A stretch of 64,000 nucleotides of DNA from an uncultured Bacillota bacterium (GTDB lineage Bacteria > Bacillota > DTU025 > MWDF01). Of this stretch, positions 63,836 through 64,000 are shown one piece after another. The stretch lies in NCBI GenBank assembly GCA_963823655.1, contig CAWGMK010000010.1, forward strand, positions 128,001 through 192,000, in the 5' to 3' direction. Positions within the stretch are counted from its first letter, which is position 1; every line of letters begins with the position of its first letter. A model generated the notes under the pieces. The model was not told the origin of the DNA and did not search any database. It worked only from the letters and a program-made list of their open reading frames with translations. Made by a program: the position numbers and the translations under genes.

Positions 63836-64000
63836 TGTGCGTTCACCTCCAGCAAGGATACGAGCCTGTCCATCTGCTCTTTCGTGCGCAGTTCGGTTAC
63901 TGCCCACAAGGAGTTGTGCTTAAGCTCGGGGTACGCCGTGGAGAGCGGGATGCCGCCCAGGACCCCATCGTCCAGAAGCTTGTCCCTCAGCTCTGCTGCG
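63832..64000 (-). CDS. gcvPA: glycine dehydrogenase subunit 1, C-terminal fragment
   Basis: ...GVLGGIPL...YPEL...[17 protein letters not shown]; ATGA overlap with gcvPB. Confidence 0.88.
   Translation of the reverse strand, partial: AAELRDKLLDDGVLGGIPLSTAYPELKHNSLWAVTELRTKEQMDRLVSLLEVNAQ

Noticed and set aside
1-64000. CRISPR arrays, rRNA, transposases/integrases and defence systems
   Set aside because: No regularly spaced repeats or corresponding protein motifs were seen.

Overview
A 64 kb chromosomal window of mostly about 55-60% GC (estimated by eye) from an anaerobic Bacillota-like bacterium, possibly diderm because the first gene ends like an outer-membrane beta-barrel. Housekeeping and metabolic content: Fur-boxed feoAB-fur, lepB, nadE, an ECF transporter/MobB/kinase/BioY operon, alkaline phosphatase, a nitrilase plus ABC transporter, two S8 lipoproteases, three tRNAs (Asp, Gly, Thr), an ECF sigma/anti-sigma/HtrA cassette, cca-glxK-murD-folD, an AT-richer amylase/dodecin/GlsB patch and the gcvP-lipS1/S2-lipM lipoate locus. 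Many genes, including the normally essential cca, carry 1-2 nt frameshifts, so the assembly probably has uncorrected indel errors. Best leads: (1) two in-frame UGA codons, each followed by a GGUU-loop SECIS-like hairpin, one in a deiodinase-like protein and one forming a CxxU motif in a secreted beta-propeller that may be an undescribed selenoprotein; (2) a putative molybdenum/tungsten-cofactor scavenging system made of a Moco riboswitch, secreted Cys-less molybdopterin-binding-domain proteins, an ECF transporter, MobB and a kinase; (3) an apparent LipS1-LipS2 fusion; (4) a decayed 1.4 kb element integrated at tRNA-Gly. All calls come from motif recognition by eye; no database searches were run.
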